The notes under the pieces were generated by a model that was not told the DNA's origin, made no database searches, and saw nothing but the letters and a program-made list of their open reading frames with translations. From contig JANNXQ010000009.1 of NCBI GenBank assembly GCA_031409655.1, forward strand, positions 1 to 49,435: a stretch of 49,435 nt of DNA. The letters run 5' to 3'. Both the position numbers and the translations under genes were made by a program. Shown here in pieces: positions 20,601 through 29,574 of the stretch. Origin of the DNA: Chthoniobacteraceae bacterium. Lineage in GTDB: Bacteria; Verrucomicrobiota; Verrucomicrobiia; Chthoniobacterales; Chthoniobacteraceae. Every line of letters starts with the position of its first letter. The first letter of the stretch is position 1.

Positions 20601-21839
20601 TCATTGTGTTGGAGATTTTTTGTGGAGCCGCACGATCTCCGCACTGGCGAGCAGGTAGCTGCCAAAGCCGTGCAGGTCGCCCTGCAGTCGCGGGCGGTTG
20701 AGATAATACTTCAGGTCGCCGGTATCAGTGGAGCCACAGACGTCGAGCAGGTCGCCGTCGGCGGTGACTTTCGTTTGCAGCGCCCTCCAGCCCTTGTGCG
20801 CAGTGTCGGCGAAGGATGCGTCGATCCAGCCTTCATTCACGCCGCGTGCGATGCCGTAGGTCAACATTCCGGTGGCCGAGGTTTCGAGCCACGACTCAGG
20901 ATGGTCGAGCACCTGATGCCAGCCGCCTTGTGGGTCTGCGCACGCGCGGATGCCCGTCATGTGCTTCACAAACGCCGCGAGCACCTCAGCCCGACGCGGA
21001 TGATCCTTCGGCAACGCGCTGAGCAATTCCACGTGGGCGAGCAAGGTCCAACCATTGCCACGCCCCCAGAATTCACCCGCCGGCTTCTGCGTTTTCAAAT
21101 CCCACAGATGCCGCAGCAGCCCTTGCTTCGCATCGAGCAATCGCGCGTGCGTTCCGAGCACCTGCGCGATGGCCGAGTCGAGATGCTGCGCCTCGCCAGT
21201 CCGCTGCCATTCCCGCACGAGGAACGGCACAGTCATGTAAGGTTCGTCCGTCATCATGCCCTTGCCCTTGCGGTAGAACGCGCCGTCCTCGAAGCGCGGG
21301 CACTCGTCGAGAAACTTCCGCACGCGCCCCAGAAACGGCTCATACTTTGCGTCCTTCGTCGCCGCATAGCGCTCCATTGCGAGCGGTGCGAGGCCGGTCT
21401 GCCACAGCGCGTAGATTTGAAAATAGAACCCAATTGGCGAGAGCTTGCCGTCGCCCACCGGCGCGGCAGTCATGTGGGCATCGCGCTGCCGCTGGAAGTA
21501 ATCCATGTGGCGGAAAATGAACTCCAAGTTCTGCTCGCCGTAGTCGCGATACCTCGCGTCATCGAGCGCCGAGGCCGTGCGGCGCATCCCATCGGCGAGC
21601 AGCCACGTCTGGTAAAACCACGCGTTGAATTTGCTCTCGATGCTGATCTCCGGCTTCGGCACGAGCCCGGTGCTGTCGGTGAAAGTCTCGCCGGTGTTTC
21701 GGTCGATTAGCTTTCGCGAAGTTTGCTGCAAAACGTGTTCGGCAACCCGGCGTAACATCGCCGAGTCATCATCAGCGGCTGGCAGTGCTGCCAGCGGTGC
21801 GAGCAGCAGGGCGGCGAGGAGTGTGAGGGTGGGTTTTAT
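20601..21839 (-). CDS. Glycoside hydrolase family 88/105 protein (copy a); signal peptide starts at ATA
   Basis: Close paralog of 16310-17548; in-frame IKPTLTLLAALLLAPLAALPAA precedes the first ATG at 21758. Confidence 0.85.
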   Translation of the reverse strand: MKPTLTLLAALLLAPLAALPAADDDSAMLRRVAEHVLQQTSRKLIDRNTGETFTDSTGLVPKPEISIESKFNAWFYQTWLLADGMRRTASALDDARYRDYGEQNLEFIFRHMDYFQRQRDAHMTAAPVGDGKLSPIGFYFQIYALWQTGLAPLAMERYAATKDAKYEPFLGRVRKFLDECPRFEDGAFYRKGKGMMTDEPYMTVPFLVREWQRTGEAQHLDSAIAQVLGTHARLLDAKQGLLRHLWDLKTQKPAGEFWGRGNGWTLLAHVELLSALPKDHPRRAEVLAAFVKHMTGIRACADPQGGWHQVLDHPESWLETSATGMLTYGIARGVNEGWIDASFADTAHKGWRALQTKVTADGDLLDVCGSTDTGDLKYYLNRPRLQGDLHGFGSYLLASAEIVRLHKKSPTQ

Positions 21840-21860
21840 GATGTCTCGGCAAGTTGCCTG

Positions 21861-22112
21861 TTAGCGTGGTTTTGACTTCCGATCCGTCTCGAACACCCGG
21901 CGTGCGGCGGCTTCCCGCTGTGAATTCTGCGTGAGCTTCGACCAATGGGCAAGGCTGCGGACGACGTGCCGATCCTCGATGCCTTTGGGCTTTCCGCTGC
22001 GCGCGGCTTCCTGGCTTAGGATGGTTCGCGTGTCGCCGGTGGCGTGCACGGCGCCGTCGTTTTTGATCCGCGTGAGCAGCCACGCGAAGGCTTTGTCCAG
22101 CATCGGTTTCAC
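21861..22112 (-). pseudogene. Probable 3' remnant of a larger gene
   Basis: Protein-like helical segment AFAWLLTRI...G..RT...QE..RSG..K with a stop just upstream of the GH gene and no convincing 5' part. Confidence 0.4.
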
Positions 22113-22221
22113 TTCCTGACGCAGGGGGGATTGCCGATGGCGATCTTACTGCCGCCGTCAGCAAGGCGAGCCTGAAAGCACCGCCCTGTCCATTTGCACC
22201 ATGGGGGCATGCCATGGGCAT

Positions 22222-22265
22222 CATCGTGTTTTCCGCTCATGGCGATTGGAAAACACTGTTTTACC
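22222..22265. promoter_or_regulatory. Putative LysR operator, copy 2
   Basis: 36/44 identical to 12432-12475, same orientation, ends 50 bp before a plus-strand ATG (53 bp for copy 1). Confidence 0.6.
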
Positions 22266-22315
22266 CGCCATGAATCGTCGTGCTTGCTCACAACCTTCTC
22301 ACTCCACCTTGCGCC

Positions 22316-23452
22316 ATGAAATCCCTCATCGAAAAACCAGCCGATCTCTCGCCTCAGACGACTTGGCTCGATACGAAATGGGCCTGGACTGGTGAGGAAG
22401 AACTCATCGATCACACGACAAAGTCCCGCCTCTGCGCCGCGGCGTTGCTGCCTTTTCGCGATCAAAAGCCGGACTGGGAAGGCTTCGTCGCGAGCATTCG
22501 CTGGATGCAGGCGGCAGCGGATCGTTTCGGTGTGGAACTGGTGGTCGTGCTTAACGCGGACACGGGCTACATCTTCGACCTCGACGATGCGCTCTATGCC
22601 GAGGTGCTGCGGCGTTTCCGCGTCGAGTTTCCGCAGGCGAAATTCATCGCCGGGGTGACCGCGCGCGGAGCGCAGGACGACACTGCATTCAAGGCGGAAC
22701 GCTACCGTCCGCTGATCGACATCGTGCAGCAACACGAGAACTGCGAGGTGATGCTAATGACCTCGAAGTGGCTGAGCGCGCTCGATCCCGAGCCGTGCCG
22801 CGATGCCTATTACGAGATCGCCGAGTGGCTCATCCGTCCCGGCATCGTCCATGCGTTGGAGCCGGCATTCGTGCCGTGGGCGCGGCCGTTTGATCCCTGG
22901 CTGCTCTGGCAGCTCGCGCAGCATCCGAAGTTTATCGGCGGAAAAATCAGCACGCTCGACGAGCCGCACTTCCTCTACTGGGCCGCGATGTGCCGCGATT
23001 TGAAACAAAGCAGCGGCCTCGATTTTGCGCCGCACAGCGGTGACGACTTTGGCATCGCCACGGCGATCAAACTCGGCCTGCCTCTGCTCATCGGAGCCGC
23101 CGTTAGCGGGGCGCCGCTCATCTGCGCGGCGAAGGACATGTGGCTGAGCGACGACTCGCCGCAGAAAAAGTTCACAACGGGCACAGGTCGCTTCGATACC
23201 CGCGTATATAAGGTCTTCGAGGCATTTCAGTCGCTGGAGGATCAAGTCTTCCGGCTCGATGCCAACTTGAGCGCCTCCGCCTACAAGCACAGCACCGCGC
23301 ATGTGCTCCACGAGCTCGGCCTCATCGCCTCCCCCGAGGCGCATCCCGCGTGCAAAGACCTGCGCGGTGCGGATGAAGCCGCTCGGATGACTGAGGCGCT
23401 GCGCCGTCCGCGGCGGGTGGCCGAGCGGCTCGGCATCCCATTTCGTTTCTAA
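22316..23452 (+). CDS. Dihydrodipicolinate-synthase-like TIM-barrel protein (class I aldolase-like)
   Basis: LNADTGY, FIAGV, GGKISTLD (Schiff-base-type Lys), SGDD, AYKHS; ATG 22316. Confidence 0.7.
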   Translation: MKSLIEKPADLSPQTTWLDTKWAWTGEEELIDHTTKSRLCAAALLPFRDQKPDWEGFVASIRWMQAAADRFGVELVVVLNADTGYIFDLDDALYAEVLRRFRVEFPQAKFIAGVTARGAQDDTAFKAERYRPLIDIVQQHENCEVMLMTSKWLSALDPEPCRDAYYEIAEWLIRPGIVHALEPAFVPWARPFDPWLLWQLAQHPKFIGGKISTLDEPHFLYWAAMCRDLKQSSGLDFAPHSGDDFGIATAIKLGLPLLIGAAVSGAPLICAAKDMWLSDDSPQKKFTTGTGRFDTRVYKVFEAFQSLEDQVFRLDANLSASAYKHSTAHVLHELGLIASPEAHPACKDLRGADEAARMTEALRRPRRVAERLGIPFRF

Positions 23453-23504
23453 ACTGGACGCGCCGTCTCGTCCGGCGCGGCAAAGCTCGCGCTTCCACCT
23501 CCCG

Positions 23505-24506
23505 ATGAAGACTCCACTCGTCCTTACTCTGATCCTGCTCGCCTGGGCACGATTGTCGTCGTCCTACGCTACAAACATCCTGGGGCTGGATTTCAATGGC
23601 GATCCGTTGGCGTTGCCGGCGATGGAAGCATTCAGCTCGGCCAGCGCGGTGAAGGCCACGCAGGCCTTCGCGAATGAGGGCACGATCGACACGTTCCGCG
23701 GCCAGCGCTCAGGTGCGGTGACGCTCAATGTTGATCCAACCACGGCGAAGAAGACGTGGAGCGCGGGAGTGCGGACGCCGTTGCTCGCGTTGAAAAATAA
23801 GGAGACCGCGCTCGCGAAGCTCACGCTTTCCTTCCACCTCCAGACGAGCCAGCCGCGGCCGGTGCGCGTGCGTGTGGCCTCCTTCGACACGCAGCGCAAG
23901 CAGACCGGCGGGCTAGAGAAACGGGCGTATCTGCCGGTCGCGGGTTCTTTTTACCGGCACTCGCTCGACCTCTCGGAGATGACCGAATGGAAGGGGAAAT
24001 TTGATCCCGCCGCGTCCTTCATCGAGCTCTCGTGGGAGATCGCCAGCGACGCCCCGCAGCCTTGGGCGAAGGGCGATGGATTGGTCGTGCGCGTGGACAA
24101 TGTGAGCTTCGCGCGCCCGGGCTACTACGTCTCCGCATCCGGCTCGGACAAGGCTAATGGGCGCACCAAGGCGACCGCCATTTTGACAATCAAGAAAGCC
24201 GTCGCCGCGGCGCAGGCGGGGGACACGGTGCTGGTGATGGATGGGGTTTTTCCTCTCGGAGGCGGCGTCAGTTTCGAGAAGAGCGGGACGCCGGCGAAAT
24301 GGATCACGCTCAAGCGGGCACCAGGGGCGAAGCCACGACTGGAGTTCGACAGTTGGTCGGGATTCGCGGTGAAAGCGGGCGCGGCTTTCGTGGAAATCAA
24401 TCGGCTCGAAATCGTCGGCCACGCACGCAACGTGAAGGACGAGAAGGAACATCTCGACCGGGTGGACCGCCCGCATCACGTCCGCGCCCTACTTTGTCCA
24501 CGATGA
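23505..24506 (+). pseudogene. Secreted protein with CBM-like N-domain and the start of a right-handed beta-helix domain; truncated
   Basis: Signal peptide; YYVSASGSD.A.G...TI.KA...AQAGDTVLVMDG beta-helix cap; the ORF ends about one coil later in unrelated sequence. Confidence 0.6.
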
Positions 24507-24816
24507 CGTCGCCTGCGCGAGCCCAAGAAGAACGGTGCAGCGCAATCGCAACCGGCAAAACAAACCTGAGCCGGGCAATGAGTGGAAGGCGCACGTCCCG
24601 TTTGCCGATGGCACAAATATGGCCACCGATTTCCGCGCACAAGATGTCTGGACCCATATGCTCCTGAGTGCGCCCGCCTCGGACGCGCCCGCCGGAGCGG
24701 TCGGAGAATGCCTGGCCGCCCGACGAGGCGCGCGGGGAGAAAAGCGCCCGGCGCAAAAACGCCGAGGGCCACTTCGCGGCGTGCAGAAGAGTCGCGCGAT
24801 CCTACACTGGACGGAC

Positions 24817-25572
24817 ATGGACATTCTCCAACGGCATCCCTTCCCAGTCGTAGCCTGGTTCGACAGGGTGGTCGCCGTGACTTTCGCCTTTCCGCAAGAC
24901 GTGCTGCAGCCGCTCGTGCCGGCGGGTCTGGAGATGGATACTTACGAAGGTCTCGGGTTCGTCGCAGTCGCACTGGTTTGGACGCGCCGGCTGCGGCCCG
25001 CAGGCTTTCCGGCCTTCCTCGGGCAGGATTTCTTTCTCGCGGGGTACCGAGTTTTTGCGCGGCTCCGCGATGAATCCGGACGGCGTCTGCGCGGACTGAA
25101 AATCCTGCGCAGCGAGACGGACCAGCGACGCATGGTGTGGAGCGGCAATCTGCTGACGAAGTATCACTACCGCCATGTGCAGGTGCGGCAGAGCGACGAG
25201 GGATCGATCACCCGCGTGGAGATTTCGCTCCCGAGCGGCGAGCACACCTTGCGTATCAGCTTCGACACGAGCGACCGGGATGCTGCGCTGCCCGCGGGCT
25301 CCCCGTTTCCGGATTGGCGAACCGCGCGGCAGTTCGCGGGGCCGATGCCGTTCACATTCAGTCCGGAGAAGGATGGCAAGTTTGTCGTGATCAAGGGCAC
25401 CCGCGCGGATTGGACCCCGCGCCCAGTGGCGGTGAAGGAGTGGGAGGTGGGATTGTTCGAGGAGTCTCCTTTGCGCGGCACGCCACCGATCCTCGCGAAT
25501 GCCTTTGCCGTGGAAGGCATCGCCTATCGCTGGGAGCGCGGACGGATCGTCCGACCAGGAGGGCCCGCGTGA
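24817..25572 (+). CDS. DUF2071 (YqjF-like) protein
   Basis: LQPLVPAGLEMDTYEGLGFVAVA, YRVF, RGLKILRSET; ATG 24817. Confidence 0.75.
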   Translation: MDILQRHPFPVVAWFDRVVAVTFAFPQDVLQPLVPAGLEMDTYEGLGFVAVALVWTRRLRPAGFPAFLGQDFFLAGYRVFARLRDESGRRLRGLKILRSETDQRRMVWSGNLLTKYHYRHVQVRQSDEGSITRVEISLPSGEHTLRISFDTSDRDAALPAGSPFPDWRTARQFAGPMPFTFSPEKDGKFVVIKGTRADWTPRPVAVKEWEVGLFEESPLRGTPPILANAFAVEGIAYRWERGRIVRPGGPA

Positions 25573-26324
25573 AACCGCGCACACGCTGGCAAGGCATGCT
25601 GACGATCGCGCGATTCAACTGGCCGTTCTATCTCACTGCAGGGGTCTTGCTCGTCGGATGCAGCTGGGTACTCGCTACGCCGCGCGGGATGCTGGCGACG
25701 GTCACGGCGGGGCTCGCACTCGCTGGCGCGCTGTACTTTTTCGCGGGCTCGCTGGGCATATCGCATCTGATCTACGACCGCTCGGATCTCTACCACTGGC
25801 AATGGTTGGAACGGGCTCTGCGCGGCGCGACCATCCGCCGGGCGATCTTCTGCCACTCGGGATTTGATGAAGCCTCCGCTGCGCTGCGCGCACAGCTCGG
25901 CGATGTGGAGTGGGTGGTGCTGGATCACTTCGACGCGTCCCGCATGACCGAGGCGTCCATTCGTCGGGCGCGCCGGCTCTTCCCGCCGGTGCCCGGCACG
26001 CTGCCCGCCGCCTTCGATCGCTGGCCGGCGGCTGCGACTTCCGCGGATGTCATCTTCGGGCTGCTCGCGATCCACGAGCTGAGGAACGAGGCGGAGCGCA
26101 CCGCTTGGTTCGCGGAATGTCGGCGCTGTCTGCGGGAAGGTGGCCGCGTGGTGCTGGTGGAGCACCCGCGCGACGTCGCCAACTTCCTCGCGTTCGGGCC
26201 GGGGTTCCTGCACTTCCACGCGCCGTCGAGCTGGCGCCGATGCTGGGAGGCGGCGGGGTTGCGGGCTCTCGATGAATTTCGGGTGACTCCGTGGGTCCGA
26301 GTGTTTGTCATTGGCCGGGCATGA
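25569..26324 (+). CDS. Class I SAM-dependent methyltransferase with N-terminal TM helices
   Basis: GTGA overlap; ADVIFGLLAIHE, LREGGRVVLVEH. Confidence 0.75.
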   Translation: MKPRTRWQGMLTIARFNWPFYLTAGVLLVGCSWVLATPRGMLATVTAGLALAGALYFFAGSLGISHLIYDRSDLYHWQWLERALRGATIRRAIFCHSGFDEASAALRAQLGDVEWVVLDHFDASRMTEASIRRARRLFPPVPGTLPAAFDRWPAAATSADVIFGLLAIHELRNEAERTAWFAECRRCLREGGRVVLVEHPRDVANFLAFGPGFLHFHAPSSWRRCWEAAGLRALDEFRVTPWVRVFVIGRA

Positions 26325-26746
26325 TCGACACGCTTCCCATTTTTCTCCGCATCGCCGGCCTCGGACTGCTCCTGCTTTCCATCCTCCACATCCCCATCGG
26401 GCGGCATCTGCAGTGGCGGGAAGACGCCGCCCGGCTGTCGCCGGTAAATGCGGCGATCTTCCACGTACACGCACTCTTCATCTGCGTGGTGCTCGTCATC
26501 ATGGGACTCCCCTGCCTCGCCGATCCCGGCATCTTTCTGGAGCCCACGCGCGCGGGAGCTTGGCTCTCGTGGTCGTTCGCGGGTTTCTGGACGATCCGGC
26601 TGTACTGCCAGTGGTTCGTGTACGCGGGGGAGTTGTGGCGGGGGAAACGCTTCGAAACGGCGATCCACTGGGCGTTCACGGGCGTGTGGACGGGTCTTGC
26701 CGCGCTCTTCACTGCGTGCGGCCTGCACCAATCGGGCTGGCTCTAA
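26321..26746 (+). CDS. Hypothetical four-TM membrane protein
   Basis: ATGA overlap with the methyltransferase; four hydrophobic segments. Confidence 0.7.
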   Translation: MIDTLPIFLRIAGLGLLLLSILHIPIGRHLQWREDAARLSPVNAAIFHVHALFICVVLVIMGLPCLADPGIFLEPTRAGAWLSWSFAGFWTIRLYCQWFVYAGELWRGKRFETAIHWAFTGVWTGLAALFTACGLHQSGWL

Positions 26747-26766
26747 ACGCGCATTCGCTGCACGGG

Positions 26767-27159
26767 TCAGCCTTTCTCTGGAGATACCGCCCAGCTCCAC
26801 ACGAGCAGGAGCAGCATCGCATTGAGCAGCACCATGCCAGGCGCGGAAATCAGGAGATCTCGCGCGAGCGCAATCTCGAGCGCGTTCATCGAGACCAGCG
26901 CCGCCGTCTGGAGCAGCGCGCAAGACCGCCGCGCCCGCCCGCTGAAGATCCAGAGGCCAAGGAGCACCTCACCGATGCCCACGGTCAGCGTCACAGGCGC
27001 AGCCCACCCTTCGCCGAGCACGCGGCCGACGATAAGCTGATGTCGGGGCACGCCGTGCAGAAGCTTGCTGTAGAGACCGTGGAAAACCCACACCGAACCA
27101 ATCCCGACGCCGAGCCAAACGCGGATTCGCGGAGAAAGGGCGGGGAGACGCAGAGCCAT
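26767..27159 (-). CDS. DoxX-like family membrane protein
   Basis: VWVFHGLYSKLL, GIGEVLLGLW, MNALE; typical neighbour of DUF2071; start uncertain (27159 or 27171). Confidence 0.7.
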   Translation of the reverse strand: MALRLPALSPRIRVWLGVGIGSVWVFHGLYSKLLHGVPRHQLIVGRVLGEGWAAPVTLTVGIGEVLLGLWIFSGRARRSCALLQTAALVSMNALEIALARDLLISAPGMVLLNAMLLLLVWSWAVSPEKG

Positions 27160-27338
27160 GCGCTTACCCATGACAGGACGGCGCGCCCTTTGCCATCCCA
27201 CCGCTCACTTTGGCATCCCACCTTTGCCGCCATTCACCACGGGAAAGGAAGGAGGCTGCCCTCGCGCACATCGCCACTGCCGCATCCGAAGCAGGAAAGC
27301 CAACGCCGACTCCAGCGCAAACTAACTAACTCGAGTCG

Positions 27339-27527
27339 TCAGGCCTTCTTCACAAAACACGCCTTCAAACCGATGGCGACGCCGTAGATCTTGCAGGAAA
27401 TCTCGTGATCGCCATCCACGAGGCGGATCGGCTTCGACTTCGAGCCAACCTTCAGCACGCCCGAAGATCCCTTCAATGGCAACTCCTTGATCAGCACCAC
27501 GCAGTCGCCATCCGCGAGCACCTTGCC
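27339..27527 (-). pseudogene. yjdM: C-terminal half of PhnA/YjdM family protein (zinc ribbon lost)
   Basis: GKVLADGDCVVLIKELPLKGSS..LKVG.K.K.IRLVDGDHEISCKI...LKACFVKKA. Confidence 0.85.
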
Positions 27528-27872
27528 GGGACTCATCTTCCACTGCGATCGTGGCAGCCACTATCGCAGCGCCCTCTACCTTGATCTGCGGAGCCACGCC
27601 GGCATCCGCCAAAGCATGTCCGCGCGCGCCAATCCTGATCACAACGCCTGGAGCGAATCCTGCATCGGCACGCTCAAAACCGAAATGCTCCAAGGCGGCT
27701 CCTTCGCCAACCCCGCCCACACTCGCAGCGAACTCTTTGCCTTCAGCGCATGCTTTTACAAGACCCACCGCAAACACTCCTCCCTAGGATACAAAACCCC
27801 CGCCTCTTTCGACGCCCAACTCAACTCCAACAACTAAACAAATATTGGTCCACAAATCCGTTGCAGATCACA
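27526..27872 (+). mobile_element. Decayed 3' end of an IS3-family element (integrase core plus right end)
   Basis: PGLIFHCDRGSHY, QSMS..ANP..NA..ES..GTLK.E, RKHSSLGYKTP; stop 27837; right-end-like TGGTCCACAAATCCGTTGCAGATCA ending in CA. Confidence 0.85.
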
Positions 27873-27877
27873 TACTG

Positions 27878-29437
27878 TCAGCGGGGATCAGGCGCGGCGG
27901 GTGCAAACTTCGCCCCGTATTTAATGCGAAAAACTAGAAATTGCTCATCGGCAACGATCGCAGGCGTTGCCCGTCCTAAGAGGACGCCCACATCGGGTCC
28001 AACGTTGAGGGAATAATTGACTATCAATACGATATCCCGGCGAACGAGATTAAGATATTCCTCAATCCGTGGCACCATTTCGGCCGGCGGCACGGACCCC
28101 GGAAGCCGCCTTCCATCCCAGATGATATAGGAGCCCATTTGCCGCCGACCAAGATAGTAAACCGGTCGTCCAAGATACCCGGCGACCGCCGAACCCGCGT
28201 AGTCGATATCCGCGACGACAGGCGTATCACTCAAAACGTTTTGATTGATAATGTCAGCGGCCGCTTTGGCTCCAGAAAATGGAGTCTTCAGTTCCGCGAC
28301 ACACATGTAAGCGCAAGCAACAACGTGGAGAGTCAGTGTTCCCAAAAGAAAGGTCCGAGCAAATCGTTTGACGCTGAGGGATTCCACTCCCTTGAGGAAT
28401 TTCCAGTCCGCAGGAATCGGCGCGCAATAAGGGGCGATGCACAAACCGCCGATGAAGGCAAAAAACAAATGCCCGAAGTGCCGCAAGGCGGACCCGGTGT
28501 AATTGCCAAACAGCCAAAGCATGCAAGCCATGGTCGCCGCGAAAAACAATGCCGCCGCAGGACGACGCGCCAGGACCACCAGCGCCGCAAGACAGCAAAG
28601 GAAACCCAAAACGCTTTGCGCACCAATCATGCCGTCGATAATGCTCGAATTCCACAGTCCGTAGTGAGTAACGACTTTACTTTCCATCATCGGAAGTGGA
28701 CAAAAGGCCAGGAACGCGCCCCGGAACGCGTTACCGAGCCGGGCAAGAAACTCAATCTGAATCTCAAAGGATGGCCCGCGCGGTGGCCATGTCTGGATGA
28801 AGGACAATCCGACTCCCACGAACCCAAAACCAACCGGCGCTGCGATGCTGCGAAAATTCTGATCTCCACCCTCGCCCCGCGACCGAAGCCACCAGTCGCA
28901 TAGAATTGCGAGAACGAAACTACCTGTGACGGCTGCGGCGAAAATATGCGTCTGCGCCATTGCGGCGAGAACGACGGCGAGCAGGATGCCTCGTCCAGTC
29001 TTAACCCGGAAGAGAGCGCAGGCGGTGAATAACAAAAGGAATTCGAGACTATAGCAACGTGCGATGACTGCGTATTCGTAGAATGGAAAGTATCCGCAGG
29101 AGAAAATAACCCTAAAGCCCCGGCTCAACGGCGCGAAACGATTGAAGACGTAGATCGTTCCCGTGGCAAAGGTCGCATTTAGAACCTGCATCGAAGATGC
29201 ATCGAACCCGGCAAAGTTTAAAAACCACAAAAGCGCGTGCCATAACCCGGGGTAACACTCAAAACGTAAGGTGACGAACAAAAGGTGAAACAAGCTCCCA
29301 CTATCCTTCGCAAGGAGCCATGCCTGCCATTCATCCCGCCACATTTCATGGGCGAACGCTCTCGGAAATACGAGCAGCGCAAAGACCCCGGCAGCGACGA
29401 GGGCAAATTTGGAATCCTGACTCTTTTGATTGAACAT
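27878..29437 (-). CDS. Polytopic membrane protein, probable GT-C glycosyltransferase
   Basis: HEMWRDEWQAW acidic first loop, YEYAVIARCYSL, more than 10 TM helices; ATG 29437. Confidence 0.7.
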   Translation of the reverse strand: MFNQKSQDSKFALVAAGVFALLVFPRAFAHEMWRDEWQAWLLAKDSGSLFHLLFVTLRFECYPGLWHALLWFLNFAGFDASSMQVLNATFATGTIYVFNRFAPLSRGFRVIFSCGYFPFYEYAVIARCYSLEFLLLFTACALFRVKTGRGILLAVVLAAMAQTHIFAAAVTGSFVLAILCDWWLRSRGEGGDQNFRSIAAPVGFGFVGVGLSFIQTWPPRGPSFEIQIEFLARLGNAFRGAFLAFCPLPMMESKVVTHYGLWNSSIIDGMIGAQSVLGFLCCLAALVVLARRPAAALFFAATMACMLWLFGNYTGSALRHFGHLFFAFIGGLCIAPYCAPIPADWKFLKGVESLSVKRFARTFLLGTLTLHVVACAYMCVAELKTPFSGAKAAADIINQNVLSDTPVVADIDYAGSAVAGYLGRPVYYLGRRQMGSYIIWDGRRLPGSVPPAEMVPRIEEYLNLVRRDIVLIVNYSLNVGPDVGVLLGRATPAIVADEQFLVFRIKYGAKFAPAAPDPR

Positions 29438-29574
29438 TATGTCAGCGGCTTTCTCCTCACTATTGTTGGATGCAAAAAAACAGCGTGTTCTTTGCCGGAA
29501 TGGCCTCTCCTCGCATTCCTGGGGAGCCAGTTCACACCCTCCTTGCACAGAGTTCTTGTCGAACTATCCATTTT

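Noticed and set aside
24535..24816. N-terminal extension of the DUF2071 ORF
   Set aside because: Low-complexity read-through; family-like sequence begins at ATG 24817.
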